Assembly (NCBI GenBank): GCA_964016885.1
Contig: OZ024746.1
Location: forward strand, 23,498,001 to 23,562,000
Reading direction: 5' to 3'
DNA from: Eledone cirrhosa
Taxonomy: Eukaryota
DNA length: 64,000 bases
Shown: in pieces, positions 52,201 to 62,289 of the stretch
How the letters are laid out: the number at the start of each line of letters is the position of its first letter
How positions within the stretch are numbered: position 1 is the first letter of the stretch
Notes under the pieces: generated by a model
Database searches by the model: none
What the model saw: only the letters and a program-made list of their open reading frames with translations
What the model was told of the DNA's origin: nothing
Program-made: the position numbers and the translations under genes

Positions 52201-55200
52201 TTGGCGGTACTCAGTAATAGAGAAGACCCGCCTTACCTAAATACAAAGTAAAAACATACTACAGTCAGTAGGCATCATCATCATCATCATCAGGTTTAGC
52301 GTCCGTGTTCCACGCTTGCATGGGTTTGGACGAGGGTTTTCCCACTTGAGGCAAGAGTGGTTGTCTTGCTCGCATCGGACTGTCTGGCGGGTTTTCTACA
52401 GTTGGATGCCCTTCCTAACACCAACCACATTTACAGTGTGGGGCTGGGAGGTTTTTACCGTGTTGCCTACACGGCCATATTACAGCGTGGACTGTCTGGC
52501 GGGTTTTCTACAGCTGGATGCCCTTCCTAACACCAACCACATTTACAGTGTGGGGCTGGGAGGTTTTTACCGTGTTGCCTACACGGCCACATTTACAGCG
52601 TGGACTGTGTTTTTTTGTCGTGACACCTACCAAAACACACCCCCGTCCCACCACCTCCACCCCATCCACACCGCCCCTTTCAATGTAAAGTTATGTTGGT
52701 CCCACAACATCCAGGCCGAAACAAATGAGATCGTGTAGGTGTCACGACAAAAAAACACAGTCCACGCTGTAAATGTGGCCGTGTAGGCAACACGGTAAAA
52801 ACCTCCCAGCCCCACACTGTAAATGTGGTTGGTGTTAGGAAGGGCATCCAGCTGTAGAAAACCCGCCAGACAGTCCACGCTGTAATGTGGCCGTGTAGGC
52901 AACACGGTAAAAACCTCCCAGCCCCACACTGTAAATGCGGTTGGTGTTAGGAAGGGCATCCAACTGTAGAAAACCCACCAGACAGTCCTATGCGAGCAAG
53001 ACAACCACTCTTGCCTCAAGTGGGAAAACCCCCGTCCAAACCCATGCAAGCGTGGAACACGGACGCTAGACCTGATGATGATGATGATGATGATTAGGAG
53101 AGATGACCTAAAAATGTTTGTGTTGTATCGATTATAAAATTTGAATTGTTGCTAACTTGTGTTTCCATTATACTCTAATAATTGTTTTATATCTTTATTT
53201 TTTATTAGAATTTTCACTCGGTTAACTGAAGCCTTAGAGAAAGCAAGAGTAAGTTTAGTATTTTATATTTCAAGTGTTTTATACCTTTAATTTCATTAGT
53301 TTAAAGTCCTGTGTGATGTGGTTAGTACTTTTTATACTTTTACTGGATCTAGTCATTAGACTGCCCTCATAACGGGGTACTGCTTTGATTTAGTTGATCA
53401 TATCAACCCCAGTACCTATTTCTTCAAGTCTAGTATATATTTTTGTATCTGCTAAGTTGCAGGAAATAAACACACACACATGCACGTACAACCTCTGCAG
53501 TTTCCATTTAACAAATTCCACTGACTAGGCATAATCAATATGAGATTATAGTAGACATTTGCTGAGTAGCAGGACTGAACTCAGAACTACATAGTTGGGG
53601 TGGGGATGCAAACTCTTTAACCACCAGGCTTAAAGCTGCACTATCATTTTTATGTATGTAGAGTATCTCCTGAAATGACTCTGTACAGAGTAAGGCAGTT
53701 GTCTAGCTCAGCTGTTGTATGTTTATATTCAGGTACTACTGAAATGAAATCTATCAGTAAGACATGGTTTTGTGATTTGTTTATTCTTTGAACCATGAAA
53801 AACCATCTGATCCATGCCAGTAATTGCTTTTATTTTGACTTGGCCTAGTCCACATCTATACAGGTTTAGCTGAGAAACCTATGAGATTACATCTCTTAAG
53901 TTTCTCAGTTGTTTTGATGATAGCGGCCTCAGTAAAATATTACCAGTAAATTTTTTATAACATTTCTAAATATTTCATTTTCCCCTTTCTTTTTACCTTT
54001 TCCAGAAACTTGAAGGACGAGTGGCATCAGATGAAGATTTGAAAATTAGTGACACATTGCGTTATTACATGAGAGACTCTGCTGCTGCTAAAGATCTGCT
54101 CTACCGCCGATCTCGAGCACTCGCTGACTATGAACAGGCCAACAAAGCATTAGATAAAGCAAGAACAAAAAATAAAGATGTTGAATTGGTAAGTTGGCAA
54201 ATCTAAGCCCCCCCCCCCCCCCCCCCCCCCCCCCCATTTATCATCAAATTTTTGGTCACATACTCCTCGGCTTATATTCGAGTATAGACAGTAATTATCA
54301 TTTTTTTTTTCAATTCCTCAGGCTGAAGAGAACCAATTGCAAGCTTTTGAAAAATTTGAGAAAATATCAGACAATGCTCGAAAAGGTAAAAAACTAAAAT
54401 ATCTTCCATTTTATAATTCAACTATTAACATCCTGTAGTGATTTAACAGAAAATATTTAAGAATAGGCTTGTTAATTCAAGTGCTTATAGAATCTTTGCA
54501 TTGTAAACATTTGCAGTATTAGCTCTTAACATCCTGTAATGATTTAGTAGAAAATATCTAAATGTGAGTTTGTTAATTCATGTGCTTATAATATCTTTAC
54601 TATGTATATATGCACATTTTCACATATGTGTATTTATGGTGATATAACAAAAAACACCCAGTCCACACTGTAAGGTGGTTGTGTTTGTAACATGACAAAA
54701 AATGCCCAATCCATCCTATTTGGTGGTTGTGCTGGTGACGTGGGATAAAGCACCCAGTCCATCCTGTAAGGTGGTTGTGCTGGTAACACGACAAAAATGC
54801 TCAGTTCACCCTGTAAGGTGGTTGTGTTGGTAACACGACAAAAATGCTCAGTTCACCCTGTAAGGTGGTTGTGCTGGTAACATGACAAAAACGCTCAGCC
54901 TACCCTATAAGGTAGTCATGTTGACACAACAAAAAGCACCTAGTTCACCCTGTTAGATGGTCATTTCGGTGCCACGATGCAAAGCATCCAGTTCACACTG
55001 TAACGTGGTTGGTGTTATGAAGGGCATCCAGCTGTAGAAACCGAGCCAAAATACAGATCCATATGAGCATCTCTGGACCTGTCTCATAATATGATGACCT
55101 GACTAATCTATGCAAGCTTGGAAAAATGGACGTTAGACGATGATGATACACATTTCTGCCAATATCTGTATGCACTGTAAAGATTTGAATTTTTAAAGTG

Positions 55201-56297
55201 ATGAAACTATAAGGATTTAGCAGAAAATATCTGAAAATGTGAAAAAAATATCTTAAATAGTGAAAATTTGCAGTATTAAAGGCTTCAATTTTTAATGTCC
55301 TCCTAATGTGATTTTATGTGTTACTGGGCATTAAAGGTTAAAGAAACATTTTTGTTTTTGTATAAATTCATAAAATCTAATCTAATACTATTTGAAAAAA
55401 AAATATTTATTTTATTTTCCTACAGAATTAACAGAATTTAAGACTCGAAGAATAGCTTACTTTCGGAAGAATTTTGTGGAACTAGTTGACTTAGAATTAA
55501 AACATGCAAGAGTAAGTATTTTACAGAAAATTATATATTTTATTTAGTGTTCACAGCTCTCACAAGTGTTCAATGTGTGTGTGTGTGTGTGTGTATATAT
55601 ACACATACATACACTTCCATATACGCTTCTACATCTGTGTACATATACACTTCTACATCTGTGTGTACATATATACACTTCCACACCTGTGTGTACATAT
55701 ATACACTTCCACATCTGTGTGTACATATATACACTTCTACATTTGTGTGTACATATACACTTCTACATCTGTGTACATATATACACGTCCACACCTGTGT
55801 GTACATATATACACTTCCACACCTGTGTACATATATACACTTCTACATTTGTATGTACATATATATATATACACACTTCTACATTTGTGTGTGTATATAT
55901 ATATACACTTCCACATTTGTGTGTATATATACACTTCCACATCTGTGTGTCCATGCACTTTTTCACGTGTATACATGCACACTCACCTATGTGTTGGTTT
56001 GTCTGTTCACCTCATCTTTGGACATCTGTTGACATGGAATATATTGTTTATAATTGTTGGACATATCAACATTGACTTTATTGGTTACATTTATTGGACA
56101 TCTGTTGACATTGACTGTACTGCTGTTTACATCTGTTCAGATTGACTGTACTGCTGTTTACATCTGTTGACATTGATTGTATGTGTTATTTACATCTGTT
56201 GGACATCTATTAACATTGATTGTATTGGGGTTATCTTTTTCAGGCTCAACTCCACTTACTGAAGAACTGCATTGTTGCAATGAAAGAAGAATCCTAA
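17324..56297 (+). CDS. SNX6: Sorting nexin 6-like (SNX5/6/32 PX-BAR retromer-associated protein), 14 coding exons, 406 aa
   Basis: Manual splice join 17324-17329,17466-17513,33559-33663,44609-44719,46687-46808,47499-47622,48432-48527,49999-50104,51481-51556,53209-53248,54006-54188,54322-54385,55426-55511,56244-56297 = 1221 nt, all GT-AG, phases consistent. Translation [12 protein letters not shown]...[20 protein letters not shown]...[15 protein letters not shown]...[25 protein letters not shown]...[15 protein letters not shown]...ELKHA matches recalled SNX6 along its whole length. Confidence 0.96.
17466..17513 (+). CDS. SNX6: SNX6 coding exon 2
   Basis: tctctag|[16 protein letters not shown]|gtaagc; resembles vertebrate EGLDDGPDFLSEEDRG. 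Confidence 0.9.
17879..18716. repeat. Compound (TA)n microsatellite with periodic CATATGACTTG / CATGTGACTTG anchors
   Basis: Direct reading; in SNX6 intron 2. Confidence 0.95.
23965..24270 (+). mobile_element. tRNA-derived SINE type B, diverged
   Basis: TGGCTTAGTGGTTAG A-box, degenerate B-box, GTGTCCTTGAGCAAGACA core. Confidence 0.7.
24404..26570 (+). mobile_element. RTE-clade LINE, heavily decayed, in SNX6 intron 2
   Basis: Colinear with the copy at 8-1560 (GTCATACCCAATGACTGG, GATGAGATGCAGTTTGG, TTTGTTGATCTAGAAAAGGCCTTTGA, ATGCTGCATGGTAGTGA); ends AAAAGCGGACGTAGAAATGAT then (TA)n. Confidence 0.92.
28320..28512 (-). mobile_element. Short hairpin element with hammerhead 3'-half
   Basis: Inverted arms across 28390-28512; minus strand GAAAC-GGC-AAGAACTCA-GCC-GTC-AGG; leader ACTAG.TAGACCAT..CAGAGTACTCGATACTT..TAGTAGAGTG shared with 2925-3116. 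Confidence 0.65.
31684..32672 (+). mobile_element. Head-to-tail pair of Helentron/Helitron-type non-autonomous elements
   Basis: Units 31684-32267 and 32268-32672 both start ACTAGCAGAATGGCCYGGCRTTGCWCGGG (short hairpin) and end (GACA)n..CTGTTTTAGATA(TATAG). Confidence 0.75.
33279..33500 (-). mobile_element. Diverged third copy of the hairpin element, split by a SINE/RTE tail
   Basis: Arms GTGAAAAGTTAGTGTCC 33401 ... GGACACTAACTTTTCAC 33500; GAAAC..ATGAGCTCTGCC; leader ACTAGTAAGACCAT; (CAT)n tail fragment at about 33338-33388. Confidence 0.55.
33559..33663 (+). CDS. SNX6: SNX6 coding exon 3 (PX start)
   Basis: tttcag|[35 protein letters not shown]|gtgagg. Confidence 0.96.
33800..34008 (+). 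mobile_element. tRNA-derived SINE type A
   Basis: Same A/B boxes, core and tail as 5176-5367; other copies at about 49150-49360, 57350-57465, 63510-63595. Confidence 0.8.
34248..34637 (+). mobile_element. tRNA-derived SINE type B with RTE-derived 3' tail
   Basis: A-box TGGCTTAGTGGTTAG, B-box GAGTTCAATTC, CCTTGAGCAAGACACTT core, GTTAGGAAGGGCATCCAGCTGTAGAAA, tail matching the 3' end of the RTE at 1500-1555. Confidence 0.88.
34720..35553 (-). mobile_element. Probable mariner-like DNA transposon relic
   Basis: End CTCAAAACTTCTTGAGTGTACCTCATA resembles a mariner TIR plus TA; internal sequence too decayed to translate. Confidence 0.4.
35044..35188. repeat. 20-bp pyrimidine-rich minisatellite
   Basis: Unit CGCCCCTCACCTCCTCTCAT, about 6-7 copies. 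Confidence 0.92.
36305..36705 (+). repeat. SINE-like element with internally amplified tandem unit
   Basis: Repeats of ATGGTAGTGCTGGTGYCATGACAAAAAGCACCCAGTTCACCCTRTAAG ending in an RTE-type tail; parallel array at 54650-55146. Confidence 0.75.
37826..38000. repeat. 30-bp tandem repeat, 5-6 copies, degenerate continuation to about 38100
   Basis: Unit AGTCTCCCAATCTCCCTTTAAGTCTTCCAT. Confidence 0.95.
40408..40452 (-). ncRNA. Minimal type I hammerhead-like motif
   Basis: Minus strand GCU-CUGAUGA-U-UCCU-GCCUAAAGGUG-AGGA-U-GAAAC-AUU-GUU-AGU then AAUAAA; near a (TA)n tract. Confidence 0.55.
41930..42153. mobile_element. piggyBac-type MITE
   Basis: TTAA|CCCTTTAGCATTTA ... TAAATGCTAAAGGGG|TTAA; related copy at about 60240-60437. 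Confidence 0.8.
43635..43833. mobile_element. mariner-type MITE
   Basis: TA|CGAGGGCTGACTGAAAAGTTCATAGGCTGACTA ... TAGTCAGCCAATTAATGTTTCAGCCTACCCTTC|TA imperfect TIRs. Confidence 0.7.
44609..44719 (+). CDS. SNX6: SNX6 coding exon 4 (PX)
   Basis: tttcag|[37 protein letters not shown]|gtaagt. Confidence 0.97.
46687..46808 (+). CDS. SNX6: SNX6 coding exon 5 (PX helical hairpin)
   Basis: tttcag|[41 protein letters not shown]|gtatgt. Confidence 0.97.
47499..47622 (+). CDS. SNX6: SNX6 coding exon 6
   Basis: tttcag|[41 protein letters not shown]|gtaagt. Confidence 0.97.
48165..48341. mobile_element. pogo/Tigger/Tc2-like MITE
   Basis: TACTGTATATACTCGA..AATATAAGCC ... GATATACAGTA; matching end CGGCTTATATTCGAGTATAGACAGTA at about 54268-54293. 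Confidence 0.55.
48432..48527 (+). CDS. SNX6: SNX6 coding exon 7
   Basis: tttcag|[32 protein letters not shown]|gtgagg. Confidence 0.97.
48535..48990 (-). mobile_element. 3' remnant of a restriction-like-endonuclease non-LTR retrotransposon (HERO/NeSL-like)
   Basis: Minus strand decays from the PIEVGCRGF...AAE.SSRWLWLK type C-terminus; shares 3' UTR (GTGTCCAAGTGGCATAC, GGTCTTACAA) with 60700-60965. Confidence 0.55.
49999..50104 (+). CDS. SNX6: SNX6 coding exon 8 (BAR)
   Basis: ttacag|[35 protein letters not shown]|gtaaat. Confidence 0.96.
50779..51072 (-). mobile_element. tRNA-derived SINE type B with RTE tail (antisense)
   Basis: Reverse complement of 34248-34637 with internal deletions. 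Confidence 0.88.
51481..51556 (+). CDS. SNX6: SNX6 coding exon 9 (BAR)
   Basis: ttacag|(N)[24 protein letters not shown](K)|gtatgt; phases 1 and 2 fit neighbours. Confidence 0.92.
52085..53093 (+). mobile_element. 3' end of RTE family 2 containing an inverted copy of its own terminal 358 nt
   Basis: 52125-52272 and 52631-53093 align to 2423-2905; 52273-52630 is the reverse complement of 52735-53092. Confidence 0.93.
53209..53248 (+). CDS. SNX6: SNX6 coding exon 10 (40 nt, BAR)
   Basis: ttattag|(K)[13 protein letters not shown]|gtaagt; required to restore phase between exons 9 and 11. Confidence 0.92.
54006..54188 (+). CDS. SNX6: SNX6 coding exon 11 (BAR)
   Basis: ttccag|[61 protein letters not shown]|gtaagt. 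Confidence 0.97.
54322..54385 (+). CDS. SNX6: SNX6 coding exon 12 (BAR)
   Basis: cctcag|[21 protein letters not shown]|gtaaaa. Confidence 0.95.
55426..55511 (+). CDS. SNX6: SNX6 coding exon 13 (BAR)
   Basis: ctacag|(E)[28 protein letters not shown]|gtaagt. Confidence 0.96.
55605..55950. repeat. Minisatellite TACACTTCYACATYTG(TG)nTACA(TA)n in SNX6 last intron
   Basis: Direct reading; followed by a second degenerate ACATCTGTTGACATTGAYTGTA repeat to about 56225. Confidence 0.9.
56244..56297 (+). CDS. SNX6: SNX6 coding exon 14 (last, to stop)
   Basis: tttcag|[20 protein letters not shown]. Confidence 0.94.
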   Translation, partial: AQLHLLKNCIVAMKEES

Positions 56298-56482
56298 TCC
56301 AATTGAAAATATGGACATATATTTGAAAGAAACAAAAATTTATATTCTGAACAAAAGCGCCCCCACCCCCTCTCCTCTCTCTTTTTTTCTACTCCATGGT
56401 GACTTCATTATCATGTGGTTATTCCAAATTCTCTCTTCATGAATAATTTGTAAGCAGCCAATGTTCCAGTGAAGGTAACAGC

Positions 56483-56488
56483 AATAAA
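56483..56488 (+). terminator. Candidate proximal polyadenylation signal of SNX6
   Basis: First AATAAA after the stop codon; a further cluster of three AATAAA lies at about 59506-59547. Confidence 0.3.
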
Positions 56489-58067
56489 CACCGACATTCA
56501 CGTAATATTTTTTTGGAAAATTTATGCTGTTGAGCATGGACAACAAAAACAATAGCAACATAATTATAATAGTAATTATTATTATTACTAATCTAATCTT
56601 CTTACTCCCCCTGGTGGTCATTGTATATAAGAAACCAAGGTAATTCACTCTGTTCTCATTTGGACAGACTAATGATACTCTTTGTTTATATAACATATAT
56701 ATATATACAAAGGGTTTTCTCTATCTCCGACAAGAAAGGTTGGATCCTATATTGTTGGAGAATAGTGATAATGTTGATGCTGATGGTGATGGTGGTGATT
56801 GTGTGGGGTGTTATGGGAAAGGTGGGTCTGTTATTACATTTGTGTTTCGGAGCAAATATTTACTGCTTTTCTTGTTACCTAGACTGGAGTTTTTTTCTGT
56901 TTTTTGTTTTTGTTTTCCATTTTTGAAACTAAATAGAAATTAACCCATGCCAGAATGCTTTTGCTGTTAGTTGTGATTCTCCATTGCACCCCCAATCCCC
57001 TCTACATCCAAAGTCCATCTCCGATATTAATCCTTACTATCCTGTGCCACATGAAACCACATTAGCAAGATACTCATGAAAAATACTAAACTGCCCTCTG
57101 ACTGTATTACATGGAAAATTAAAGTTTGCTGCAAATTTTCACATTGATCTGTCCACTAGTAAATATATTGAATTAAGCTTGTGTTTTTTTTTTTGTAGAT
57201 ATTTTTTGCTAAATCATTACAGGATGTTAAGGAAATAATACTGCATATTTTCACAACAACCTGTACACCATTAAAGATTTGAATCAACAAGCCACATGAA
57301 ATCATTTTAGCAAAATATTCTTTAAAAATACAAAACATTATTATGACTGCGTTCAATCCCGCCGAGGTTAACTTTGCCTTTCATCCATACGGGGTCGATA
57401 AAATAAAGTACCAGTAATGTACTGGGTAATTGCTGGCCTTGTGCCAAAAAGTAGAAACAATTATTATGACTGCATCTTATTAAAATTTGAACAACAATCT
57501 TTCCAATAGTAAAGTCAGTAAACATCTACGTCAACAAAAACTTTTTAGATATTTTTTCAGATATTTTCCGCTAAATCATTATGGGATGTTAAAAGTTAAG
57601 GTGCAAGCTTATTAAAAAGGATTATTTCCATTTTTTTTTTAAATTTTTACAACCAAAATATTTTTGTTAGCTTCTCACCTTTGCTGCCCCCTCCCTCTGT
57701 ATTTGATCCTTTTGTTGTTGCCCAACTGTAATTGGCTAGATTCTTCATCAAGGAAGCTCTTGTTTCCATGACAATGTAACTAAGTATTAAAAACCATTAT
57801 TGTTATTGTCACATGTAATGAGAAAAAAAAAATTGTCTTTAAAGATATAAGGAAGTGACCATGGTTCGAAGATTGGTAAAACTGCAAATCAGGGCATATG
57901 CATATATATATATATATATGTATATATATACACGCACACACAGCACCTTATGGTCAAGTTTAAACCATTTCTATGGTTCAAGCTTGACCATAATTTACAT
58001 GTATTAAATGATATCTACACTCTACTTTCTTTAAAATACGGAGTACAAAGTTATATATATATATATA

Positions 58068-58250
58068 TTTTAATATAGAAAAGTTTCTACAGGACTAGAA
58101 CCGTTTCATTCGTGAGAAATCATCAGAAATGATTTCTCACGAATGAAACAGTTCTAGTCCTATAGAAGCTTTTCTATATTAAAACATTTATACTCTATGT
58201 ATTGAGTACCTTACTTACTGTGGTTACCCCCGATTGAACCCGGACTAACT
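58068..58250. mobile_element. Hairpin mini-element with hammerhead motif
   Basis: 56-bp arms 58068-58123 / 58129-58184 (3 transitions); minus strand CTGATGA-TTTCTCACGAAT-GAAAC-GG-TTCTAGTC-CT-GTA-GAA; tail as at 11590-11640; (TA)n on both sides. Confidence 0.72.
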
Positions 58251-60699
58251 TTATATATATATAGTATGTTTAGAAAGCAGCGAGTAGAATTTGAAAATTG
58301 AAATAGACTTTGGTGTAACGTTATTTTTTTTTTTTTTCTTTGACTAAATAAGTCTTCTTCTGTTCAGTGGTTTTATATATCGTTATTGTTAAACTATTAT
58401 ATTTAGTCCCCAAAATAAAGTTACTGTGAAGTCTTCTATTTAAATTATACACATACACACACACATATATATAAAGGTGGGTATGAGACCCGTTCATGAC
58501 CAAATGTGAAAAAGCTCACTGTATTAATCATTTATGGACGAATACAGAGAATAATAATTTAAATCAGATGTCAACAGGATTTAAAGTAACTTTGGTTGTC
58601 ACCTGTTTTAGATTATATATTTGAGCCAAAATTTTCTCTGTATAACCTAATTGTTAAAATACAAGGAGATTGGCATCATTCCCTGTGACAAGAATTAGTT
58701 TTTGTTTTTTCTCTTTTTCATTTTCATTTAAAAAAAAAATGATTTCTTAGTTCTCTTTGGAATTGATCATTCCTTAAAAACAAAAGGATTCTTTTCTAAG
58801 AAATTTCTTAACAGGATCAGTTATGTTAGCTCAAGGATATTTTTGTGGCATTGAAATATATTGTTGGTGATAGGAAGGGCATCCATCTCTAGAAACCATG
58901 CCAAAACAGGAATGTGAGATGTGGCTTTCTGCCAGCCTGGGGGGGGGGGGGGGGGGGGGGGGGGCAGTAGTTCTGATTAAGTACTGTCTTGGTCTGTGAT
59001 GACCCGTCCAACCCATGCCAGCATGGAAAAACATGTTAAATGATGCTGATAATGTCCCATCAACCACCTGCAACCTCTCCCTACACATATGATCTTTCTC
59101 TTGCTCTCTCTTTGTGCCTCTTTCTCTCTCTCACTCTTTGTGTCTGCTTCTCTCTCTCCTTATCCTGTTGTAGAATCTATGGTCACACTTCCAGAACATT
59201 CATTCTTAAGTGATTTACCTGACAATAATTTGATAAGAGTTAGATATTTTACTGAAATAAAATTTTTACTTTTTTCTAAATTCAAATTAAAAAATTTTTT
59301 TTTTTTTTTGTTTTATTACAAAAAAAGCAAACTAAAAAAACATTTCCCACATATGTAAAACATGTTCTACGGATCATTTTGAAATGAGGAGAGAGGGCTT
59401 GAATTCTATTGAGAAATTGTTTTTGTACACTTAAACATGTTATAGAATAGTGTGCGTGTGTTGGCAGTAGAGGAAGAGAGAGGAGAGATGCAATTTGGTT
59501 AAATCAATAAAAGTAAAAGTAAAATCAATAAAAGTAAAATCAATAAAAGTAAATATATTGGTGGTGATGGTGATAATCAGTGTTTACTTATTAAAAAAAA
59601 AAAACACGAACAAAATTATTTTTTAAAACCCTATTGGATTAAACATTTTTGGTATTTGTCCTAGCTTTCTGTGATCTGAGTTCAAATCCTAGCCAGGTCA
59701 ACTTCGCTTTTTCTCCTTTTGTGGTAGACAGAGTATCAGTTCTTTAGCTGTGGATTGGTTGCTTTTCCTCCTTTTGTGATTGACCAGTTCAGGAGCTGTG
59801 GTTTGTTAATGTGTTAGGTAGGATTCCCTGCAATATGTTTTGGTTCTGTTCTGAGTTCAAATCCTGCCCCCTGTCACTGGAAATACAATGACACTTTTGT
59901 CAGCATTTGCAACCAGCAGATAATATCAGCAATGAAAAGATCAAAGAAAATATAGTTTCTGTGGTCTGAACTAATGATCAGTTCCTTTCTAAACTCTACA
60001 ATGTTAGAAGAATATTCTTTTTATTTGTTTGTGATTTATTTAACTAACTCCATAACAATTGCAATATTTCTCTGAGGTCCACCTCTATTGTACTATTAAT
60101 TTTGGTTCACTTTTGGTGAAGGAAAATGGTGGGTGAGGAATATTTGCGAGTTTAAATACAGCTTACTTGAGATTATTACTAGAAAGTGCTATGGAATAGG
60201 GAAGTAAAATAGCATTCTAAGGCGTCACATCTTTGTTATATTTAAACTGGCCATATCCAGCTAGAATTCTCTCATCTCTTTCTGTTCAAACTGGCTGTAA
60301 CCGGCTGCTCATACTGATGTTACGGTATAGTTCTCAAAATAAATATAAAAATTTCATAGATTCAATATTATGTAAGATAAAGCCTTTACATGAAAATAGA
60401 ATAGTAAATATAGAGTAATGCAAATTCTAAAGGGTTAATGAAAAACACTGCCTATGTTTTTCAAATTATTAAGCTGGCGGTTGAAACATAACTTTACAAT
60501 GGTGCTTACATAAAATTATGGAAGGTTTTTAGTTAAATATATAAACTAACTTTTTTGTTACAATATTTTTAACAAAAAAACACTGCCTATGATTTTCAAT
60601 AAATTTTGAAAATAAAAAATTTGGGATTAAATATCTTTACATTATTAAGCTGGTGTTTAGAAAATAGCTTAATAAATTTTCTTCCCTCATTTGCATATG

Positions 60700-60965
60700 C
60701 AAAACGGACATATCAATCTTGTATCCTGAAGTCACTAGGTGTTTTGGGTCTTACAATATACATCCTCATCTAAGTAACCCAACTGATGTTAATCAAGCTT
60801 CAGCTTGTGTCCAAGTGGCATACATACTACTGACCCCACCAATCACTTCTCTTCAGCCATAGACATCTAGATGCCCTCTCTCCTTATGCTTGCTCATATA
60901 ATACCCAGAGATCAAGCTGCAAACTTTTGGCTGTCAACCTCCATTGGTATGCATCGAGTTCTCTA
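60700..60965 (-). mobile_element. Second HERO/NeSL-like 3' remnant
   Basis: Minus strand RTRCIPMEVDSQKFAA resembles the PIEVGCRGFA motif; homologous to 48535-48990. Confidence 0.55.
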
Positions 60966-62289
60966 TGATGTAAAGTTAGATAAATATTAACACTTTGGAA
61001 CATAACTTAAGAATGGTTTTAACATAAAATTATGATGGAAGGTTTAAATATAAACCCTTTAAAATAGTTTTGAATGGTTTCAGGAGGTTTGGTATCAAAA
61101 GGGTTAAACCAATACAATTAAAAAATTATAAATTTTTGCCATTGTTTGAATTCTGAAGTAAAATATCTGAATTATTCTTGAGAAATTCTATGATGTTAGC
61201 TCCGGACTAATTTTCATATTAATAAATTTATAGATTTAATTTCCAATTGATTCAGATTGTTTTTTCATTTCCTTGCTGCAACCACCTCTAGTGGTTAGAG
61301 TATCGGGCTTATAATTGTAATGGTTCAATTCCTGGACCAAGTAGTGCTTTTTGTTCTTGAGCAAAACACTTAATTTCATTGTGTTTCATTAAACTCAGTT
61401 GAAAACGAGTACCAACAACAGCTGGGGGATTAACCATGTAATGGACTAGCATCCCATCCAGAGGGAAGTCTTGTACTCTCAGTTGTTTAACACCAAAGAA
61501 GCTAGCCAGAATAAGCTCTGGCCTTTGGTCAGACCTAACTAACCATCACTATCACCATTTCTCTGCCACTATCGTGTCTATTGCAATCTCAACCTTTCTT
61601 TCCATTTCTGTGGGTGTTTCCTAAAGTTTCTAGTCACAAGTGCTGCTTGAAAATTAAAGGTACAAATGAGAAATTGTCTAAGGTACATGTAAGAGAAAGA
61701 TATTTTATCAAAAGGCAGCTTTATAATGCAGCAAATTAAAAAAAATAAAACATATTTTCCATGTTTTATCCCTCCCAAAAATGGTCAGAGAAATTGGAAG
61801 AAAAATCAAAACAAAACATTAAACAAAGACCAAGAAGCACTAATTAAATAAAAATGAAGAAAAATAAAAAAACGATTTCTTGTCTTGTATTTTCTTTCAT
61901 TAATTTTGAGGTCAAGATGTGTGTAATTTATGTCATGGGTTCGATTCTTGGACTGTGTTGTGTTCTTGAGCAAAACACTCCATTTCATGTTGCTCCAGTA
62001 AACTCAGCTGAAAATGAGTACCAGCAGCAATAGCAGGTCGTTTAACCCTGTGATGGACTGGTGTCCTGTCCGAGGAGGAGTCTTGTACTCTCAGTTGCTA
62101 TATGTTACAGAAACCGGGACAGGGCTTGAGACAGAACTTTTTTTTAGATAAAATGCACCCAGTACACTCTGTAAAGTGGTTGGTGTTAGGAAGGCATTTA
62201 GCTGCAGGTCTACTTCTGGGTCTTCTGCTCATTGGCTTTGCCCATATAATCTATCAGCAATTCTATAGTACTGGAACTGTGATCTTTTA

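Noticed and set aside
52316-53049. Two near-identical 140-aa ORFs on opposite strands
   Set aside because: By-product of the inverted repeat of a non-coding RTE 3' UTR
55544-56145. Cys/His/Tyr-rich ORFs
   Set aside because: Minisatellite in the last SNX6 intron
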